64,000 nt of DNA from Octopus sinensis (taxonomy: Eukaryota): NCBI RefSeq assembly GCF_006345805.1, contig NC_043017.1:26102001-26166000 (forward strand), read 5' to 3'. Position numbers and translations under genes: made by a program. The notes below the pieces were generated by a model. The model had not been told where the DNA came from. It ran no database searches and saw only the letters and a list, made by a program, of their open reading frames with translations. Each line of letters begins with the position of its first letter. Positions within the stretch are counted from its first letter, which is position 1. Positions 56,500-64,000 of this stretch are shown here, piece by piece.

Positions 56500-57075
56500 G
56501 GTGATATATACTGGAATAAATCGAGATGGTGACTGCACTCCAGAAATAAGACGGTGGAGAGGCAATGGTCAGCATGAGCAGGGTCAAGAAGATTAGAGAC
56601 ATCAGACGCGCTACCAAATGCAGATTGGTGAATGCAATTGTCTTCCCAATAGCAACATATGGATGCGAGACCTGGACACTAAAGAAAGCTGACCAGAAGA
56701 GAATTAATGTATTCGAGCTTTGGTGTTGGAGAAGACTTTTACGGATTCCATGGCCAGCGAGGCTCACCAATGGAGAAGTTCTTAAGCAGATCAGGCCGAA
56801 AATGTCGCTAGAAGCTAGGATCACCACGCATAGATTGGCATATTTCGGGCATATTATGCAGAGGAAATCCCTGGATAAAGACATCATGCTCGAAATGGTC
56901 AGTGGCAAGAGAGGAAGAGGCCGACCAAGAACCCGCTGGCTTGACACCATCAAGAGTGATACCGGAATGGACATAGCCAGTCTGAAAGAAGCGGCCCAGG
57001 ATAGAACTGACTGGAGACACTGATCCAACGAGTAACCGAGAGTCGACTTCGACTGAGCGGATAGATTGATAGATA
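56500..57075 (+). pseudogene. RTE (BovB-like) LINE RT C-terminal fragment with GATA-like tail
   Basis: RLVNAIVFPIATYGCETWTLKKADQKRINVFELWCWRRLLRIPW...RLAYFGHIMQR...RGRGRPRTRWLD; diagnostic RTE YGCETW/FGHI/RGRP motifs. Confidence 0.9.
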
Positions 57076-58099
57076 CTGGAATCACTCTGGCCTATCGAAC
57101 ACGATGAATAATAGAACTGGATAGCGACATAGATTTGCGATAATCCGGGAAAACAGTGTGTCATTTAAAATAAATAGATACCAATTGTATCTCTAGGGAC
57201 ATAGATACTGTCGTTAGGATTCGATATGGAGCAAAACGGCGAAGATGACGACAGTATCAACAAAATAAACGGCGAATTCTAGAATTTTAATTTGCTAACG
57301 AAAGATAACAAAATATCTGAAGTAATAACTATAGTCGTTTATTTAATCAATCGGATCCACAGTGCCATAAATTCATGTAATATTATTGTTGTTTTATTAA
57401 TCATTTATATGAAGACTGGGAAATTAATGAATTATTACACGCGAGGGAATTACTGGAACAAACTAAATCAATATTAAATAAGCATTCTCTTTAGAACTAA
57501 ACACGCAGAAAAATAGAAATTGTAAATGAAATTGAAAATACTAGAAATGATTTGAAAGTATAAAAAAATAACATAAATGATATATTGTATTCAGCTATCT
57601 TATGTGTGTGCAAATGTGTTTTTATGTGTGTGCGTGTGCTTGCGTGTGTGTATGTGTGTGTGTGTGTGGAAAGAGAGAATAATCTGATAGGTAAAAAGTT
57701 GGGTAAAATTTAGTTTTTTTAATATCATTAATATATGGAATAATACATCGAAAATAATGTCGGACAAACATAATTTTACTTTTCATGATCTAGAGAAATT
57801 AAAGTTGATATATAGAGATGGTCATAGCTGGATTGTTTTTAATCATAAATTTGCTTCCACCAGGATGACACCTGGAATAATTAACAACATCAAACACGTG
57901 TAGAAATATGGGAAAGCTTCTAGTTGAAATCTCGATAGCCAAGGAATAGTAGGAGAGAAATTTATGACTTTATTAGAAACTACATGAGAACAAAATGTTG
58001 CTTGTAGATGTCTTACGTTAAACTTGATAAACTAGAAATAAATTTCTAAATTACTATTTTGGTTATATTGTTTGCCCCAAATTATTCAGAATATGGTAG

Positions 58100-58480
58100 T
58101 TATAAGATCAAATGTCAGGCCATTAAGAAAGAAAAGTCCGATTTTCTTATGCACCAAGTTTGACAGTCATGAACTCTAATGTTTTATCCTGACAATTCTT
58201 TGTGTTACAATACTGAAGAGATACATCATCCCTTTTCGAAGTGCTATTCGTGGAGTCTGATTATATATTGTGAGCTTTCTCTTGTTAATCAATTTTTGTG
58301 AAGTCATGGATAGATCAAAAGCTCGTGTGGTTTATGTATATGAGTTCCGTCCTGTAACCAATGCATCTCGGACAGCTCGAAACATTAATGAGGTGTTTGG
58401 TGAAGATGTGGTGAATAAGTTCACTGTACGTCGATGGTTTGAGAAGTTCCGCTCTGGTAACTTTACTCTTGAAAATCGGC
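58100..58480 (+). pseudogene. Mariner transposase 5' fragment (Mos1/Hsmar1-type HTH)
   Basis: MDRSKARVVYVYEFRPVTNASRTARNINEVFGEDVVNKFTVRRWFEKFRSGNFTLEN; similarity ends after EN. Confidence 0.85.
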
Positions 58481-58819
58481 TTTGGTGGTCTGAGATTGGT
58501 ACCACTGCTGTCGGAAGCGTTGTTGTCAGAACACTAAAACCAAACAAATGCTGCATGACATTTTCCCGGAAAGGCAAGCATCTCACCACACTCCGACACA
58601 CATTATTATAAATTGCTGACTCTCTACAGATAGGATTGATAAGTATCAAAGTAGATCTTTTATAATTTTTCTTTCAACTTGATTCAGACTTTAGACTGTG
58701 ATCATGCTGCGATCATGCTGGCACCCTTAAATCCTTAAAATCCTTAAAAGTGTTATAGCCCGAAGGCCGCGGCCATGCCTGAAGAATTTTTAGTCGAATG
58801 AATTGAGGGCAATGCATAA

Positions 58820-58920
58820 AAGATTGCTACTTATTCTAACCATCTCTTTTGCCGAACAGCTACATTAACGGGATGTGAAGCGGTGCTGTATGAGACAAAC
58901 ATAGTCACAAACCCACACAC

Positions 58921-58965
<45 letters not shown>

Positions 58966-59120
58966 CGACAGGACTCCGTTTAGTTTCCGCCTACCAAACG
59001 CATAAGGTTTTGGTCGGCTCCAAGCTATAATAGGAGACACTCGAACAAAATGCCACGCAGTGGGAGTGAACCCGGAATAATGTGGTGACGAAGGAAACTG
59101 CTTACTATACAGACACACCC
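58820..59120 (-). mobile_element. Degenerate SINE family B
   Basis: tagtttccgcctaccaaa...gccacgcagtgggagtgaacccggaa. Confidence 0.75.
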
Positions 59121-60041
59121 GAGCCTACTGTCGAAGGTACAGACGTTGCTGTGTAGTAACGTGTTCGATCGCAAATGTGATAGAGTCTAAAGAAATAATA
59201 GCAGGCCTTCTATCCAGTGCTTTAACGATTCTTCCAAAACCTCTAAACCTTGGTTCGTAAATTGGAAGAGAATTGAAGGGAAGTGCTTGGGATATTTGTT
59301 CCGAGAGTTTTCATTCTCATGTCGTACTCGACTTTCCTTCTTGTGTTGGAATTTAATTCCTCACCCAATCTAACTGTCCCACCGCCTGCTCCATGGTTAA
59401 CTATTGCGGAGTTCCCTCCATTGTATACATTAGATGAAGACCTCCAGTTTCGGGGTAAATTTCTCATTCAAACTAGTATCGAGGTATAAACAACTGCTCT
59501 CCTCCCTTGACTAACCAATATATTTTACTCATGTTAAATGAATGTAGCTATCAAACTCTCTAATAGCGAAGACGTGTGGAGAACACATGGAAAAATAGTA
59601 GGTCGACACATTTTGTGATAGACAGATATTCAGTGAAAATTGTCGGTCTAACAATGAACATCCGTTACAGCGAACCATCAGACTAAACAACGGAAATATA
59701 AAACATAGACAGATTATGAAGATATTATACACGACATTGCACAAGGACAAAACGCAGTGAAGAAATCGATTAAGAGGAAATCACAAACGCCACCAGGCTT
59801 ATATTTCAACATAGTTAAAACACACAGACATCATATTCCGTCAAAGCATACATTCGATCCATCAAAAAGAAACCAAAATCATATCTGCACGATGTACCAT
59901 AGTAAATTTCGAAGACCAGACGTATATAGAATGAGTATGTGGTCGCATGTTCAGTTAGAAATAGCTACCACATACTCTCAAATAACAAGAATTCTTGAAT
60001 AAGTAGTCACGTTCAGTGTATTTTCGAATGCTCTCATGCAG

Positions 60042-60095
60042 GTTGGTCAGAGTTGGAAGTACTATAAAGATATGGTTGATTCTAAATATACTGCG
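60042..60095 (+). other. Candidate 54-nt symmetric exon (VGQSWKYYKDMVDSKYTA)
   Basis: Acceptor ctctcatgcag, donor gcg|gtaagc; no homology evidence. Confidence 0.3.
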
Positions 60096-60357
60096 GTAAG
60101 CAATAGCAACACCACAATATTAATATAAAGACGAAAATGGTATAGGACAGCGATTCTATGCCGCACGTTCCAAATCTGCATGAGGCCCTCAAGCATCCTT
60201 CTTGCAGCCAACAAACTGTCATCCATTTAAAAATATAATAAAATTTCCTTTAATTGACTTTAGTTTTTTGGGAGGAGCCATCTAAAAGATCGGGGTTTGG
60301 GATCTGGGCTGGATAATATAAAGGCTAGCAACCATTGCTGCGGGAAGTGAACATAAA

Positions 60358-60397
<40 letters not shown>

Positions 60398-60524
60398 TAT
60401 CAAGTAATTCTACACAAACCTAGTGCAATTTTTAATGTGATGGTCACAGTTCGTAAGTAAAATATTTTACCATTGATCATAGTAATTTTAGGAGAAAAAA
60501 TACCTGCAAAACTCACAAACACGC

Positions 60525-60637
<113 letters not shown>

Positions 60638-60650
60638 TAAATATATATAT

Positions 60651-60715
60651 AGTTAATCCAAACATGAAAACACAAAGAGAAAACAACGCGAGTACGTGGA
60701 ACAAATATAGTATTA
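60651..60715 (-). mobile_element. Left half of the PLE-type repeat split by the composite insertion
   Basis: atccaaac...tggaacaaatatagtatta matches the reverse complement of ~2160-2225. Confidence 0.65.
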
Positions 60716-61081
60716 CTAGCAGTATCGCCCGGCGTTGCTCGGGTTTGTAAGGGAAATAACTATAAAGCATTTATAGAGAGTTATAGCCAAAAAATGGAAA
60801 AAAATGATGGTAATTTTTTTTTTAGTTAAAATGGTCGAGTTGCGTCCCCTAGACAGTCTGTGGTTTGTGTTTCTGATTCTTGACCCCATGTCGAATTTAT
60901 CGATTTTTTTCAGAACTGGGGGAACTTTTCAAAATTTTCGCTGCATTAGTTTTGAATTATGACATTGGGCTATGTGTGTGTCAAGTTTCATCAGAATCGG
61001 TTGAAAGCCGTGGTCAGGGTGAGGATTCAACCTAACACACACACAGAAACACAGACAAACTGCCGTTTATATATATAGAGA
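60716..61081 (+). mobile_element. Non-autonomous Helitron-like element, subfamily 1 (left bracket)
   Basis: a|ctagcagtatcgcccggcgttgctcggg ... gccgtttatatatatagaga|t. Confidence 0.8.
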
Positions 61082-62249
61082 TTTTCTGTATTTTTAAAGT
61101 CATTTTCCCTTTAAAATATTTTTTTAAATATGCCAAAAAAATTTTTGTAATGGTATTCACTTAAATATAATTGAAAAAACATTAAAATATTGTGTTTAAA
61201 GAAAGCTAAAATATAAATACTTACTGTACAAACAACTTAAATTTTTGAAATCACATTCACTTAAAAATATTTCTAAATGATTAAAATACTGTGTTTAACA
61301 AAAGTGAAAAATAGAAACATTTACTGTAAAAAAAAAAAACATCATATTTTTTCGTTGTCAACTCATTGTCTAATAGAAAGATAAGAGTTTTTTCCCTTTC
61401 AGGATGAAGATTATTTTCAGAACATTTTCCCATTATGCACCATTTTAGCTATTTTTACCCTGAAAATCTCTAATCTCTTGAAAACCACTTTACCGATTTG
61501 TGCAAAACTTGTTTCATTCTGTTTGTATTAAAATTTCAGGGTAACTTAATTCATAGTATTTTCCCATTATGCACCAGTTTGGTTGAGTAATACTGCAAGC
61601 AAGCAAGCAAGCAAGAATAAAACTAATTTCTAGTGTATTATAGATGGTGGATAAAGTTATTCAGAAGTGCATACAAAATAATACGATCATATTTGTATGC
61701 AGATTTGAAGGATCTTATCCAACATGGAGTACTAAAGTTACTCTGAACAACACATGGAAAGTTATCAATAGTTGCATGAATTATTACCTAACGTTGCAAG
61801 ATTGATTGCATTAAATTAAAATGCCATAATTGTAAAGTGAAGTAGTAAAATCATTTAGTCACTCTTCCTTTTATTTGTCATTATAAACACTTTATGGATG
61901 TTTGCAATTTTCAAAACATGTGTCTGGTAAATAAAATTTACAACCATATCTGATAGCCAATATTATATATATATATATAAAAGTACATATATATATATAT
62001 TTATATAAATGTAAGTAATTCGTTATGTGTTGGGTATGCTCATAGTAGTTAGCTGATAAAGCACTTTCACTGTCTATGGCTCCCTGATATCATCCATAGT
62101 ATTTACGCAATTGTCAGTGGATCTACTCAGGAATTCTTCAGTGTTTATTGAGTATATAAGAAATGATGGAGACAGAAAATAGAATATATACGAGGAACTT
62201 TATTGCTCACAATGATCATTTCAACACATCCTGCATTGATCCCTTGTAG

Positions 62250-62306
62250 GTGGGAGACTGTACAACTGGTTGTGGTGCATCATTTGGTGCAGAAGTTTTT
62301 CATCAG
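62250..62306 (+). other. Candidate 57-nt symmetric exon in the cargo (VGDCTTGCGASFGAEVFHQ in frame 0)
   Basis: Acceptor gatcccttgtag, donor cag|gtgata; all three frames open; no homology evidence. Confidence 0.35.
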
Positions 62307-62485
62307 GTGATATTATAAGGAGTATTTCATTAAATAAACTCTGTTTCCCCTTGGTTCTAATACAGCATGTTGTTACCATAGGATTAAGTCATTAGGCAGG
62401 AATGAGTTGGAATAGATTCCATTGCAATGTTGCAGACATTTGTCTATATTAGTAGTAAATCAAAGGCAGGGAGTTTAATTTACTG

Positions 62486-62535
<50 letters not shown>

Positions 62536-62611
62536 TATGGGATGAAGTGCTGAAGGATGACCTCAGAATGCTGAACCTTTCAGATGAGATGACAAAGGAC
62601 CAAGATACACT

Positions 62612-62663
62612 GTCTCTGATGAAGGGATATTATTAATAAATATCCTAGAAACAGCTGTAAGAC
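62612..62663 (+). ncRNA. Type I hammerhead ribozyme motif with intact catalytic core
   Basis: gucu-CUGAUGA-a-gggauauu(auuaaua)aauauccu-a-GAA-acagcugu-A-agac; palindromic stem III; predicted cleavage after 62659. Confidence 0.7.
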
Positions 62664-62904
62664 CATCTATCTATAAATGCTGTAATATCTATACAGCCTT
62701 GGTTTTTTATCTTATTATGCAAAAAATTCTTATAAACATATGTTGACATAGAACCAACGTTGAACCCTATATTCGCAATATTACTGAATCTGGAACTTAA
62801 CTATGGTCTGTCTATAGCACTGATTCAGCTTTACCTGATGCCTTTGGGTATCAATGACACCGTTATCTCTTATAACCTCAACTTCTCGCTACTATATATA
62901 TGTA

Positions 62905-63266
62905 CTAGCAGTATCGCCCGGCGTTGCTGAGGTTTGTAAGGGAAATAACTATAAAGCATTTTTAGAGAGTTATAGCAAAAAAAATTATGGTAAATTATTT
63001 TTGAGAGTAAAAAAGGTGGAGTTGCGTCCCCTAGACAGTTTGCGGTTTGTGTTTCTGATTCTCGACCCCATGTCGAATTTATCGATTTTTTCAGAACTGG
63101 GGGAACTTTTCAAAATTTTCGCTGCGTTAGTTTTGAATTATGACATTGGGCTATGTGTGTGTCAAGTTTCATCAGAATCGGTTGAAAGCCGTGGTCAGGG
63201 TGAGGGTACAAGCAAACAGACACACAGAAACACGCACAGACAAACTGCCGTTTATATAGAGAGAGA
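62905..63266 (+). mobile_element. Non-autonomous Helitron-like element, subfamily 1 (right bracket)
   Basis: a|ctagcagtatcgcccggcgttgc ... gccgtttatatagagagaga|t. Confidence 0.8.
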
Positions 63267-63403
63267 TTGAACGCTCAGGAAGGAAGGGAAGAAGAAGGGT
63301 TTTACGTTTCGAGCGGAGCTCTTCGTCAGAAACATATGAAAAGGAAAGATCCAGAGAAGGGAAGACGGAGGAAAAAATCGCCAACGGTACACACGCGGTC
63401 ACA

Positions 63404-63415
<12 letters not shown>
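63267..63415 (-). mobile_element. Right half of the split PLE-type repeat
   Basis: Homologous to ~2040-2165. Confidence 0.75.
63299..63333 (-). ncRNA. Minimal type I hammerhead ribozyme motif with intact core
   Basis: guuu-CUGACGA-a-gagc(ucc)gcuc-GAA-acgu-A-aaac; palindromic ACGU minimal stem III. Confidence 0.7.
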
Positions 63416-63442
<27 letters not shown>

Positions 63443-64000
63443 CATACATTCATACATATATCCAAAAATCATCTAGAAATGATCTAGTTAATTACTAAAT
63501 CTCAGAACAGTTAAAATTTCGAAATTAAAAATGTTACAAGGAATAAAGTATACGAAAATCTTTCATAAATTACCTTTGTGTAAAAGACGCTACAATCAAA
63601 TGTGAAACGTTATCTTATTTAGAGATAACACACACACACACATACACACACAGACACACACACACACACATGCACATTTATATATCCACTCATATGTACA
63701 CATCCACACGCATGTATACACTGTCGCATGAATCTACATGTTGACGCATGGAAGATTCAATCAGAATGTGTGATTTTGTTGGTTGGTAAGTGGGATATAC
63801 TTAAGCGACAAGTATAATTTTATTTTCTCCATTTCCATGTCTTCCACTGGAACAAGTGATATATAAATGTAAGATCCGGGGATCGATGTGCAGGAAGAAA
63901 GTTAGCTTCAAGCAATCAGTTATGGGATGCACCACTTTTGCTCTCGGCCTGAATTTACTAAAACTGCTCGTCTACGGTTACTAACAGCTGATTGATACAA

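Noticed and set aside
56565-57023. 152-aa ORF as a host gene
   Set aside because: It is the C-terminus of an RTE LINE ORF, 5'-truncated.
58270-58611. SETMAR-like domesticated gene
   Set aside because: Only the N-terminal HTH is present; similarity stops abruptly, with no catalytic or SET domain.
60290-60360. Housekeeping promoter motifs (gccatct, gcgggaagtg)
   Set aside because: Short motifs expected by chance; no supporting first exon or CpG-island structure.

Overview
Repeat-dominated eukaryotic non-coding DNA. The SINE heads and bodies, Lep1/HINE-like Helitron elements and very dense (AT)n/(CA)n/(AAT)n/(CTA)n microsatellites match my recollection of octopus (cephalopod) genomes; this is an inference and was not searched. 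No complete protein-coding gene is supportable, and nearly all ORFs in the track are microsatellite artefacts. Recognisable coding remnants are all transposon-derived: a Penelope-like GIY-YIG, three RTE-type LINE 3' fragments, R4/Dong-like LINE 3' ends, two mariner and two maT/DD37D remnants. Best observations: (1) a 2.55-kb composite insertion (Helitron-like copy + 1.8-kb CpG-poor cargo + second Helitron-like copy, 60716-63266) that splits a Penelope-type repeat whose uninterrupted form is present at ~2140-2225; (2) several minimal hammerhead-ribozyme motifs from distinct Penelope-like families, two with intact cores; (3) a Penelope fragment bracketed by ~77-bp inverted repeats; (4) several nested insertions with clean target-site duplications.
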